Shown here: in pieces, positions 1 through 12,400 of the stretch
How the letters are laid out: every line of letters starts with the position of its first letter
How positions within the stretch are numbered: position 1 is the stretch's first letter
NCBI GenBank assembly: GCA_002269645.1
Contig: NIVC01000254.1
Location: 124,001-188,000, forward strand
Length of the DNA stretch: 64,000 nt
Reading direction: 5' to 3'
DNA from: Macrostomum lignano
Taxonomy: Eukaryota
Made by a program: the position numbers and the translations under genes
The notes under the pieces: generated by a model
What the model was told of the DNA's origin: nothing
Databases searched by the model: none
The model's input: only the letters and a program-made list of their open reading frames with translations

Positions 1-556
1 GTTGCTACAGGTGGAGACTGTGCTGAGACGGCTGTCTTGAAGGCTGATGAGGATGTCGAAAGACAGCAGTTAGTTTCTATACTCGTGAGAATAAGAAATT
101 ATTAGAAAGCAAAAACGCTTTGAAATTGCACCAAAGTTGCTTTTACAGCTCAGAGATTAAAAGTGTCAGAACTTTCCGGAGAGCCTTTGTAAGCACAGTG
201 AGTCTATTTTTAACACTATATAGCAGTTTGCTAATATTAAGAAGTAAGCTGGATTCTGTTGGCCAATGTTGAAAATTTTTAAAAGGAATTGTTATGCTTT
301 TCTTTGAAGGCATACAGCCCACTCAGTCACAATGGTCGCTTTACTCATAGTCATCGGAGGGTCCGCTTCAGGCTTTGCTTCTTTCATAACTGTGCAATCT
401 GGTTCGAAAACACGGCTCTTGACCTATTAAATACTTTTGAATTCAGACTGCCAGCCATCTTCATCCACAGACTCTCAGATTTCACTGTCACATATAGAGC
501 GAAATGCTATTATGCTTATAAATATATGCTAAGACACTTGTACGGTTTCTCAAATT

Positions 557-1245
557 CACTCACAGACTCCCACTCCACTCACAGACTCTCACTCTACTCA
601 CAGACTCTCACTCCACTCGCAGACTCTCACTCCACTCGCAGACTCTCACTCCACTCGCAGACTCTCACTCCACTCGCAGACTCTCACTCTACTCACAGAA
701 TCGCACCCCACTCACAGACTCTCACTCCACTCACAGACTCTCACTCTACTCAGAGACTCTCACTCTACTCACAGAATCTCACTCTACTCACAGACTCTCA
801 CTCCACTCGCAGACTTTCAATACCCTCACAGACTCTCACTCTACTCACAGACTCTCACTCTACTCACAGACTCTCACTCCACTCGCAGACTTTCAATACC
901 CTCACAGACTCTCACTCTACTCACAGACTCTCACTGTACTCATAGACTCTCACTCCACTCGCAGACTCTCAATACCCTCACAGACTCTCACTCTACTCAC
1001 AGACTCTCACTCCACTCAAAGAGTCTCACTCCACTCACAGACTCTCACTCTACTCACAGACTCTCACTCCACTCAAAGAGTCTCACTCCACTCGCAGACT
1101 CTCACTCTACTCACAGACTCTCACTCTACTCACAGACTCTCACTCTACTCACAGACTCTCACTCTACTCACAGACTCTCACTCCACTCACCGACTCTCAC
1201 TCCACTCGCAGACTCTCACTCCACTCAGACTTTCACTCGACTTAG
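557..1245. repeat. 19-bp minisatellite (consensus AGACTCTCACTCYACTCRC)
   Basis: Tandem copies are directly visible. The 19-aa periodicity (3 x 19 bp) of the spurious 289..945 ORF confirms the unit length. Confidence 0.95.
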
Positions 1246-1515
1246 ACTCTTAATCCGCTCAGGACTCCAAATCATATAATGAACACTTTCAGCACACTTC
1301 ACGACACTCTCAAACTCTACCAACTTTTCAGGCCCATATCGAAAGACTAACTATACCCTGTAGTAAGAAAGTAAAAATGTCCTCTCAAACAAACTTTAAG
1401 TTTATGCAACGACTTTTATAGGCTACAACTACACCAACAACTATGAGAGGTCCCGAATTTAATGATTAATATTTTATGAACATCGATCCAGTTCCCCAGA
1501 GACCATCGAACTCAC

Positions 1516-1970
1516 GCTATAAGCCGCTGAAACAGAGCCGAGAACAGTTTCTCCTGTCGGCACCGAATCAAAATATCCAACGGCGAATCCCGTTTCCTTC
1601 TATCGGCCTCGCCGCCCTCACCATCCGTGACCTTGATCGGATCGGCTCGGCCCACCCACTCGAAAGCGGCTCGAACTTTCTCCAGCTCGCTTCGACACTG
1701 GCATTCGCGCATCATCCTGTCTGTGAAGCTCTGCCAATCATCTTCAATAGTTGGCAACAAAGTTGACACGGTGTCGGCGATATGGGCGAAGCTGCTGGGC
1801 TGGAAGACGGCCTCTTTGCGCCGGTTACTGGGGTAAGGCAGCGGCGGCTGCTGGTCAGTCTGCTGCAGCTTGGAGGCTGGGTCAAGACCTTTGTCCAGCT
1901 GCAGCTGACGGAGCTGCTCAAGAGTTTGACCGCTGGAAGGGTCTTTGAATTCGTCGAGGTTGATCTCCAT
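1516..1970 (-). CDS. Coding exon of a KY/hillarin-family (transglutaminase-like fold) protein; gene continues left
   Basis: ATG at 1970. SELEKVRAAFEWV...SPLDIL...FSALFQRL matches the KY/hillarin pattern (LEKVRAIWIWI...PTDIL...YAGLFERM) as recalled. A GTGAGT donor follows 1516. A possible next exon with CTAAC/pyrimidine/CAG acceptor lies at 1-43 (uncertain). Confidence 0.7.
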
Positions 1971-2654
1971 AGTTTTAGCGCTCGGAATCAGGAGATACCC
2001 AGCATGGCAGAGTTGCAAATCCAGCTAGACTATAGCTTTATATGTAGGCGGTTATTGTGACCACCGCAGTTCTGCCTTCCCCACTATACCTTCCCTCCCT
2101 CCCGATGAATCGCAGCCTATAGCTGCTACAGCTCAACCAGTCAGTCGGTAAAAAATTGCAGAGCGGCCATTAGCCAGCCCAGTGGAATTCTCGCTGGTTG
2201 TCAAGGCGACTCACGCTGCAGACAGACGGCAGGTAGCGGCGGAGGAGGGGAGGGGTTGAGTTGGATGAGCGGACAGGGAGTGAATCGCGGGCGGGCTGCT
2301 CAAGCATGGGAGCTGTATACGAGGGTATGGCAAAGGGGTAGGGCCTGGGATTCGCGAGCGTGTTAAGGAGGAGAGGTGGGGAGTATAGGAAGAGTGAAGA
2401 GAAAGAGGCTGACGGGGAGCTGGGCCAAGGCCGGATAGAATGCATTAGCAGCTGCGACTGAAGACGGAAAAATGCTTGAAACAATGGAAGGAGTTTATAG
2501 CACGAACTGCGGGTATAAGACGTTGAGTTGGGATAAAGTGCAATTCTGTAGTGAAGGCAGGCAGCCTTGGGTTGCTCAGACAGGAGTATTTAAAACTTTT
2601 TAGAAAACTGACTGAAGGTAAACAGCGCTTACCATGCCTAAAGCATATGCCGTG

Positions 2655-3945
2655 TTAAAACATCTTCAAATCCGATGGTCAGCGTGGCTGACCATGCATC
2701 ACTTTAGCTAAAATCCAACTCGTATGGCCATAGACTCAATTTTTGTCTTCACTTAACAGCCCATCACGAAAACCCATGTGGTCAGCTTGGCTGACCATGG
2801 CTGTAAGTAGTCTATATGAAGTATAATAACGAGAAAACATGCATTCAAGCATGTCAAAAACTCAAAAATATCGTCAAAAATATCAAAAGCATGAAAATTT
2901 ATTTCACAAAAAACATGAATTACTAAAATTCCTTTTCTCACTCTGCTAAAAGAGTGAAAGTGCATAGCTCAAAGCTGTCTGCTCAATCGCACCTGAATAG
3001 TAGGGTGCTGAACTAGTAAATAACGTTCTGTTTTCGACTTTTTGAAACTTTTTCAAGTTCTTAGTAGTTAAAACTTTGAAATGGTCTCAATGTTTTGAAT
3101 TTCTAGCTTCCAGATGTAGCATTGCTTTGAGTTCTTGTTTAATAAATTTTGTAAAAGATCCAGTAAATTTAGCTTTACTTCTGTTGCTATTACACTACCT
3201 AACTTTTATGCATTGTGAGGCAAGACAATAACAGGTAGTCAGCAGGAGTAAAACGAACAAGTCTCCTCTCAGCCTACGAGTGCCAGGCTCGAAAGCAGTC
3301 AGGGATGCACAAGCCGGGCTGACCCGGGCACTGCTGACAGACGAAGACGGTACGTTTGGTAATGCCATTGCGATAGCAGACTCTGCAGCGACGTGCAGGC
3401 CGCTGGTTACCAGGTGTGGCAGGCAGCTTACTGGGCAAGTGAACAGCATCGGCAACAGGACGCGATGGGTGGACGCACCGCACCGTCTTTTTCCTCTGTC
3501 ATCTTCTCCGTCGTTGACAATTGTCCATTCGTTTTCCTCATCCTCCATCTCCAAGGTTGGCTCCTCAATTACTTCAATAACTGAGTCCTGATCTGACTCA
3601 GTCGATGAGCTGTTGGACTCGTCGCTTGTAAGAAGTTGATGAAGACTCATTACTTATCCGTCGAAATAGCAAATTATATGACAATTCTTCTTAAAATGAA
3701 GAGGTAAACAATCTAGATTGAATGCAAAGGAGAAAAATCTTACTAGGGATAGTGATACAGTACGAGGAAGGAAGGGCAGAAGCAGTTCACAGTGATAGGT
3801 TCTATGGCTGAAACCCCAAAGAAGGGGACAGTGTTCCAAACACACTCTCTCAAGTAACGGGTTTTGGCGATGTTAAAGCAGCACTATAATTTTACATAGC
3901 AGTAGTCTATGGTCAGCCCTGCTGACCATACGGGTTTTCGCTTAA
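2655..3945 (-). mobile_element. Internally deleted piggyBac element
   Basis: Acidic N-terminus (3650-3485) is joined out of frame to the piggyBac C-terminal Cys-rich domain RRCRVC...VFVCQQC...LCIPDCFRAWH (3483-3274). Palindromic RTGGTCAGC-N3-GCTGACCAT motifs at 2675, 2778 and 3909 lie near TTAA sites. Exact termini are uncertain. Confidence 0.8.
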
Positions 3946-6557
3946 TGTAGAGAAAATGCGCGGTATGGAACTATGGCCACCTATTATGTACATAATTATC
4001 CTTTGCTGACGGCTGTGATAAGCTCTTTTTATCGTGGCAGATCAAGACTCGCAGATTGATGTCAAGCATGATATATAATTCCGTTAAAGACAAAGGCAGC
4101 AGACAGGAGCCGACTGGAACGGGCAATTCAACAATAGGGGACATAAAAGGAAGATGTTTTTGAAAGGATGTAAAGCGTTGTCTAAAACTATGTATCTGAT
4201 ATTCTGCACGTTAAGAACCGAAGTTTAAGCCGTGAAATTTTGCGCTAGTTCTGTCTAAAATTGGCTTGCTAAGCCAGAGGAGCAAATAATAACTAATACG
4301 AGTAATCATTGGAACTGTTTTAAATTAATTTTGTACAAATTTACAAACTGATGTTAAACCCTTGATTGCGATACTACATGTAAGAAATTAATAGCCACTG
4401 CCTGGATTTATGACAGGAATCTTCACGCGCCGATTGGAATGAGAAATAGCCTGACTCCAAAAATGAACACAAAAAACTGCTTATATCCCAATATTTCTAC
4501 TTCGAGTAGGATTAAACTGTTAAAGCTTGAGGAATTGGCTTGTATAATCAAAATAATTTTAACAGCAAACAAATGCATCGTAAAAGCGAGTCCTTTTGAT
4601 GTTTGATATTTATGAAAAATGGATAGTAATTTCACATGTATATTATATAGCAAACGGCTTCAGCTTTTGAAGCAAAATACATGCATCCGATATTTTTGTG
4701 AGTTATTCATCGGTAATTTACTGCGAGAACCATGCTCAAACAATTTGAAGTGAGATGGTTTAGTAACACGGTGTAGCGGAATTTATAAGATTTTAAAAAG
4801 CATTACAAGTGCAATGCAGGTCAAGTACACATAAAAATTTTGTTAAGCATCGACTACTGTCACATTATACGTGTTAAACACATTATAACGCATTGTGTTT
4901 GTCTTCTCATGCTCGCCTATTGCCCGATCCAACCCAGGATATCAATTAAGGTCTCTTGCCACCATGAATCATATGACGCCCACCGCACTCTTCCATCCAC
5001 CACAGCCTCCTTGCTTTCGTTCAAAATAATCTAAGCGAAACGCACCCAGTGAAATCCCATTCCTGTAATATATATTTCTCCAAGTCACGTGACATCCCAT
5101 TTTGATTCCCATTCCATTAACCAATCAGAGCAAGGCAGGTGGCGTCACTCGGCTGCGCAGGTCAAGAGGCAGTTCAATGTCGTTTTTGTCACATCATTCG
5201 AATTTTATAGAAACGAGCAATTGCGTGCCTATCAGTCAAGAACTGGTACTCGTACCCCTCCACCCCATTAGAATTCGTGATTTGCTCCCCACTATTTTAT
5301 CTTGACCAAAAGTTCATTCTGATCTCTTCCATAGAAACTGTTATTCCGGCCCTCTTCAATTTAATGTTGCTTGTCGATTCCCCAGATCTCAAACTCTCAC
5401 GAAGAAACCGAAGCCTGTACTGTCTGGATCCGCACCAGAGCCGAGTGACCCATCTAATTGCCAGCCGTGCCAAATTAAGGCATTTCATTATCTTACTACT
5501 TTTGTGAGATCTTTACTCAAGATTTTGACAATTCCTCTAGATCCTACGCACACTTCAGCTAGCCAGTCTGTGCCTGGGTCCTGGGATATATTCTTAACGG
5601 CAGCAAAATACATACAAACTCATTTGAAGAAGAAATTTTGTTTTAGCCACATCTCTATCGCAGCACCGGAATTCCAGCGGAGATCACTGAGGAAGGCTAC
5701 GCGACTCCGCGCCCAAGACAATAGATTTCCCCTATCGCAAAATCACATATCCCTATATCCCCGCTCCAGCATTTAGCTAGACTATCTGACGTTGTCATCG
5801 TGAAATCCGATATTAATACGCACCCAAGATCCTCAAAAGCAAGAAGGCTAAAAAACAATTTGTAAAGCCAGCAAAGATTGATTGTGAGAAATCAGACTTG
5901 GCGCTCAGGTCTGACTATCGATATATTTTATAAGCCGACGATTGGGGTGGGGTTTGGGTTTTGTACACGCACGTTGCAAATAACCCCCCCCCAAACACAA
6001 CCACGTACAACATAAAATATTTAGGTGCATAGAAAGCGCGAACTTCCTAAAATATACTATAACAGGACAGGACCCATAACAAGTAATAACAATGAAAAAT
6101 AGAATAAGTTTGGTCAGCCAATCGGAGTTAGCGGCGCCCCAAGACTGCCTGCCTTGGGCCTATGTTTAGGAGTTGGTGCGAGGCAGGGGTTTGCTGTACG
6201 TGGGAGAGGTGGTTGGTGCGCTGTGCAGGTGACTTTTATACCCGTGTTTTATAGCTTTGCGTTGTCTAATCAACTCTCGCTGGCCCAATTTAGTTCTTTG
6301 TATTCCCGATAATTGGCAAGAGGTTGTTCACGTGCTGTCTGCAATCATCTGTATTCCTGTGTTTCTTCCTTCGACCAGTCCTATATTGCAAAACTGACTC
6401 AAAGTTAGTACGTGTATATGCAGTTGCATGTAACTAAACTGAATCAGGACGAAAATCCACGCGCATTCTGTGAAAAGTCAAACATTTTTGAGTAAAAAAA
6501 CTCAAAATATATCAAAGCCTAGCCAAAAGTGATAACAGACTAAAGCAAAAGCAGAAA

Positions 6558-8095
6558 CTATTTAAAGGATATTTGAACAAGAAAAACATCGTTATAGCAG
6601 CAAAAAAGTTCTGCTAAAAGAATAAGCACATTGGATGATTGAAAATATGTTGAGCTACAACAGATACACTTCATATTAGAACTGCTACAACATTCTCCGC
6701 ACTGCAACTCGAGACCAAGCTGTTTGGAGTCGAATTCTCTAAGACACCGACCCATGCGGCTGAAAACTTCAGCAGAGCCCACAGCAGAGCTACACACGGT
6801 AAAAAATCCAAACCAATGGCAGTAACAAGCCGATCCGGGCAATCCATTAACTTGACTGTATCGCCGGTGCTTAAACTCATCCGGTGCACAGCTGATGGGG
6901 TGGCCAGAATGAAGCTGCGTCCTGAGACTGTCACACTACGAGCGTCCTTCACATGATCAGGCAGCTTCAAGCTCTGCTGCAGCTCAAGCGACTCCAGAGA
7001 GTGGCAGTTGACATAGCCGTCACTGAGAATGTACAGCTTCTCCATGTCATGCGTAAGACTCGGTTTCTCACCGAACTGCACATCCTGGACAGTTTGCAAC
7101 TTTGCACCCGTCAGGTCAGTCATGATTATAGACATAGACAGAATTTCTTCATCTTTGCCAAGCAGGAATATTCTCTTAATATGGTTTACAAGTCTTCCGG
7201 AAATTAATTTGATTCCGTTGTTTGGTATTTGCAATTGGCAGATTACATCATTCAAGTCCATGCTATCGATACGAAACCACCAATCATTCATAGTAAAGCC
7301 ATTGGCAACAGAAAGAATACAAGAATGAGGAAGGGCATAAAAACCATCCTGCAGTGTAGTGGATACTGATTGTTTAGAGCAAAATAATCCATCCGTATTA
7401 GTGATTACATCAGTGAAAATCCAATCAGAATCCGCACAACACTGCGTTCTCTTAGCTACGCACACTGCAGATTTCCATCTGCTCTGCAGATCGTCATCAG
7501 ATTCCTCAGCTTCAGCTGCAAGAGTATTTACCGCCTGTTGAAGTCTCTCTACCTGTTGCACACCGCGGTCAACAATATTGGCCCACGGATTTGTGTTTGG
7601 AGCATCTACCATTGACATATTAAACTCCTTTCTCAATCGAAAACTGCTCAATGCGTTTCCTTCAGCATCTGCAGCACTGATTTCAGCCGACAGTTGCTCC
7701 ACAGAGCTTAGAGATCTCAGACTCTGCTCCAAATCGGCGATCTTTGAGTCCAGTCTACCGATCACATTTTCTCTGCATTGTTTCACTCTCTCCATGATTG
7801 AATCGAACATGTCAGCTGCATCAGCCCTGTCACTTTCCAGATCAAACTGGGCCCCTCTGGTGTTTTTGATTAGCTGGGACACTTTGGCCAATGACTCATC
7901 GGTTTCTATTTTGATGGCGCTCAATTGCAGCTGGAACTGTTTCTCATCTTTCTTCAAGTGCTCAGCACACAGAGGACCTTCCCAGTAGAGCCCATGACCG
8001 GAAGCTTGACTGTAGCAACTCCTCAGGCTGCACTGCTTGTCCTGCTCAGAGGTTTCATCGTTCGGTAGATCGCTATGTGTGCTGCTAGTTGCCAT
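6558..8095 (-). CDS. Cluster gene A1: zinc motif - coiled coil - beta-propeller protein, with one apparent frameshift at an A6 run (~6801-6806)
   Basis: The family-equivalent start MATSST is at 8095. ORF 6671..8212 aligns with paralogs up to AIGLDF. The family-type C-terminus (…QCGECC…LVQISFK*) continues in ORF 6558..6842, and adding one T restores a single frame. Confidence 0.8.
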
Positions 8096-8329
8096 GGCAT
8101 GCATTAAAGAAAAGTGCATATCATAAACTGTGCTATCATAGGTAGCTAACTTTCCTCTACCATCTTTAAGTGTCGATGAGTTATTTGCTAAATTATATTC
8201 AGGGATTGCCAATACTTCAGTCTGTTCGATTCTATTTCAAATAAATACTATATCGCTGTATTGCTGGAATAGATGATGTCAACTAACCCAAATGAGACAT
8301 TGAAAACAAAAAATGGAAGTGCTTCCCAG

Positions 8330-9420
8330 CACGCCATGTAACAAAGACTGAGGATATTACGAGTACATTAGTATGGAAAAGATATTGCGAATAGCTCTAC
8401 AACTATTTGTAGTTAAACAAGACATCATTCAAAATATAGGAGGTAAAATGGTGTACCAGTTATAAGACATTAGAAAAGAGGAAGAAATCTTTTTGTCAGA
8501 AGTTAAAGCTACCATCAAAGAACTGAAGCAGAAAGAGGCACCAGGAGAAGACAACAGCAAGACATAACTCATTCAAGATGGTGGGGAAATCACAGCGAAA
8601 GTGCTGGACAACCTTTGCAACAAGAACCTGAAGACAAGAGTCGCCAAATTAGTTGGCAGAAAGTATTCCCATCATCACCATACCAAAAGACTAACAGTTC
8701 ATGTAGAACCATCAAGCTGTCAGTCACACGTCAAGTGATAATAAAAGTAATTTTGAAAAGGATCACACCCGAGATAGAAGTTCTAAGCGAGGGCCAAGCT
8801 GGGTTCAGAAGAAGATTCTTCTTCTCCTTGAGAATTCTAAGCAAGAAAGCAAGATAATGATAGCAGGAGGAGGGACGCGGAGAGTTTGTTGGTGAATGTG
8901 AAGGTTAATCGTGTACATTTGGAACACGTGTATGAGAAGCTTTACCTACCTTGGATCGGGAATAGAGAAGACAATGAAAAGTCAAACATGGAAATTCGGA
9001 TACGAATTGGAAGAGCTGCAAAGCGCTGGCAAAACTGGACAACATTGTATCGAGCAAGAAAACATTCACATGAAAAATAAAATTGATGCGATCGGTAGTA
9101 ATGGCAAATCTTCTTCGAATGATGATGAAGACCTACAGAAAAATGCCGTGCCAAGCATTTTCGGTGAAAGGAGGTGGAAGGCTGTGTAGGTCTGATCAAG
9201 AGAAGGAATTTCCGCTTCTTCGGGCATGTTGCGAAAAGCGATGGAGTAATTGATGGTGGTGTTAAGGGAAAAATGGGCAAAGCCAAGCCGCAAGGTGACT
9301 GGACAGGCAATCTGAAGGACTGGGGAGTGAACAGATGCTGCAGCTGAGCAAGATGGCCTTGGATCGAAGGAGGTGGAGAGTCGCTGTCAAGAAATGGGGT
9401 GCATCAACGACTATAATGAC
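8330..9420 (+). mobile_element. Decayed RTE-clade LINE reverse transcriptase fragment
   Basis: Broken motifs SEVKATIKELKQKEAPGED, EGQAGFRR and EIRIRIGRAAK, plus a 3' LDRRRWR-like end. Multiple stops and frameshifts. Confidence 0.75.
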
Positions 9421-9568
9421 CTGATGAGAAAAATAAACATACAAAGGTAAAATTGAGCTGGCTAGTAGGTACCCAGAGCGAATATATAAACTACCGGTAT
9501 ATGTTTACTAATCATTCAAATAACTAAGAACTAAGCAGTAAGGAACGTTTTAAAAGAGACAATTTTTT

Positions 9569-9583
9569 GTGACGTAATCCGCC
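9569..9583. promoter_or_regulatory. Conserved bZIP-type motif GTGACGTAATCCGCC upstream of A1
   Basis: The same motif, as GTGACGCAATCCGCC, occurs at equivalent positions upstream of other class A loci within otherwise diverged AT-rich DNA. Confidence 0.45.
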
Positions 9584-11089
9584 AGTTTATGTTGAGTTTT
9601 AGAAGAACACACATGAAAAACTTTATCATTTTTTCAAGTCGTATAGTTGGTTATTAAGTACAGGAAGTAACAAAACCTAACAAAAAGATACGCTGCATAC
9701 AATTGAAAGGCTAAATTTTTCGTGAGTAATTAATGTAAGATAAAGTGCAAAGTCATAACAAAAATTTACTTGAGCAAAAACAACTAAAATATATGCGCTA
9801 AATTTCCTGAAAAATGGCTAGCTATAAGATAGAATTTTTAATAGCTTTAATCAGAGCTAGTTTTGAGCTCCGAGTAGTATTGCAAAACATCAAACTTCGA
9901 TATCCCTATGAAGGCTTTTGCACAACACAACAATTAGACGGTTATTGTTTGCCTATAACAATTTCTGTCCTCTACACAAGGACCAAAGCTTTGGAATTCA
10001 CTTTATGTGCACCTTCTGTAGACTTGGGGGCCTGGGGGATTAGAGTGCTTGCTTGCACAAACGTAGGTACGTGAGATTAGGGAAATATGAAGGTGATCCT
10101 TAATATTAAGAAATTAAAACAATGGTGGAGTGCAAAATCAACAACCTTCAGATAAAACTTTCCCCAATGATTCATCACTTACTTGAGAACTTATAGATGG
10201 ATAAAAATAAAAAACTAGAAATTGCATGGCTCAAAACTTTGAGTTTACTACTCCAAAGTAGCCATTAACTATTACAATAAGTATTATAAAAAACATACCA
10301 AAGCTATATAATTTATTCATAATAAATTTAATTGAAAACGAGTATAAGTAAATAACTAGGTACATGTAATTCAAAAAAATAATAACGTAAACATATTGAG
10401 CTGTTTTCGACAGTAGAAAAGTAGAAACAAGCTGTAGCACTTCTCGATAAATTTAATTTATAAAAAATTGATAACGCCAACACCACAATGCTTCTATAAA
10501 AATACATTTGTGCATTGGTAACACTAAGATGGCACCGGAAATTAGACTGGTTTATTGAAAAAATACTTACGAATGAAAACTGCAAACAAAAAGTAGCTAT
10601 TCGTTCTCATGAACTGTATCAATCGGCTTTCATCATCGTTCGATCGAAACATTCATTGTTTTGTTTTTAATTATTAGCTCTATTTCATTCGAAAATCAAC
10701 TCATAAGGCAAACGCCTTATGCGACTAAAGAAAAGCAACAATGATACGCAATCCAAGATTTACACTGATGCCCACAGCCATAGAGGCACTGCTAGCCCAG
10801 ACCACGTACTGATCATTTAAAGTTTTTGAATCTTAATTTTCAAAATTGTCAAAAGAAAGCCTCATAGGAGCCTGACTTTATTAGACGATGAACAACAAAA
10901 TAAACACTTTTTTAGAATGGTGGTACTTACTTTTAGAAACACTATAAGAGCTTCATCGTCTATAGAAAATCAGCCGCATAAACTTTCTTAAAAAACAGAC
11001 AACTCGATATGTTGAAAACACGTCCTGTTCGTTTGAAAAATTAAAGCTAACAGAAAAACGCATCAGCTTAAAAAGTCATATGACGTTAC

Positions 11090-11998
11090 CTAGGAGATGC
11101 AGAGGCGCACTAAAACGCGATGGGTGCAGGACAAGCTGAGAAATAACAGCAAAGTGCTCGTCGACTCCCTGCTAAAACTGCAGCAACGAACCGACTCGAG
11201 GCGGTAATTTATACCACAGTTCTGGCAACGAGTGAAATAATTCGCACCTAACGACACCAACTCAATTACCTTAATCTCTCGTCCGTTGCCATCCAGAATT
11301 TTCACACTTCCATCACTATCGCACACAGCCAGAAATTCTGAGCAGAGTTCAGCTACACATCTAATATTCGAGCTACCGCTCTGATACAGCTTCGAGAATT
11401 GATGAGTTCTAAGACTCATCCGATATACTGCTGACGAGGTGGTGATGATCAAACTGCGGTTTCGATGCACGATGCTATGAGCCTCTTTAATATCATGCGA
11501 TATTTTTATCTTCGTCTGCAGCTCGCATGTTTCCAAGGACATGAACTGGACACCACTATGTCCGAGAATGTACAGCTTATCCATGTCGTGAGTCATGCCG
11601 AGTACACTTCCAAGCTGCACATGCTGAATAGTGCGAAGCTGAGTTCCCGCCAGATCAGTCACTGTCAAAGACTGGCTGCCATTGAGCAGGAAACACTGCT
11701 GCAGATGATTCACCAATTCGCCAGACGCAACTTCATACGGAGTGCTCCATCGACTGAGAAGAGCACCATCGAAATTGTAAACTGAAACGCATCTAGGATA
11801 CCTACTTGAATTGCAAAAGACGAATACACAAGCTCTTGGAAGGGCCTGAAATCCCGGCTGACACGTCTTAGAGAGCGACTGACCAGAGTAAAAGTATCCA
11901 TCAGTCTTGTAGCACAAACCGACGAAAGCAATTAATAATCTAACATCCATGTGGATGGCGGATAGACTTGGTTGGCACGTCTTAAATCTCTCTACCAT
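11090..11998 (-). CDS. Cluster gene B1: propeller-only class B member (302 aa; no zinc motif or coiled coil)
   Basis: Intact ATG-to-stop ORF. Its closest relative is 45692..47215 (CQNCG…SCTHRVLVRL vs CANCG…SCNHRVLVRV). It begins at about the coiled-coil/propeller boundary. Confidence 0.75.
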   Translation of the reverse strand: MVERFKTCQPSLSAIHMDVRLLIAFVGLCYKTDGYFYSGQSLSKTCQPGFQALPRACVFVFCNSSRYPRCVSVYNFDGALLSRWSTPYEVASGELVNHLQQCFLLNGSQSLTVTDLAGTQLRTIQHVQLGSVLGMTHDMDKLYILGHSGVQFMSLETCELQTKIKISHDIKEAHSIVHRNRSLIITTSSAVYRMSLRTHQFSKLYQSGSSNIRCVAELCSEFLAVCDSDGSVKILDGNGREIKVIELVSLGANYFTRCQNCGINYRLESVRCCSFSRESTSTLLLFLSLSCTHRVLVRLCIS

Positions 11999-12400
11999 GG
12001 CAATAGAAGAGCTTGAAAAAAATTAGACAAAATTTTTGTCGATTTTGTCAATTGTCTATTAGCGCGGATGCTAATTACGAGCTATAATAGATGGTACTAT
12101 GATATCTGGGACCACTAAGTATACTAACGTCCGTTGACAAGTGTGGCAATTGTTCACATAGTTGAAAACTAATTCCTCATTGATTATTTCTTCGTGAAAA
12201 GTTATAACCACGCGCTTAATATTACAATCACCTTGCAAGAAAAATTATGGGGTTTTATTGTAGGTGTTGCAATTAGCAACGTAAAGACATGCTCCTAGTC
12301 TTTGTTAATTTTAAACGGCGTCAGTAGTGAGCTTTTTCGAAATGATACCTTACTAGATTAAAGTAAAAGTCTCTTAAAAAACGGCACAACAGCGATTGGA

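Noticed and set aside
289-945. 218-aa ORF
   Set aside because: Translation artefact of the 19-bp minisatellite.
5090-5780. Coding-like stretch, possibly a transposase remnant
   Set aside because: No recognisable motif, and many stops.
8096-8212. 39-aa N-terminal extension of A1 (and a 26-aa extension of B3)
   Set aside because: They begin at non-ATG codons and have no counterpart in paralogs.
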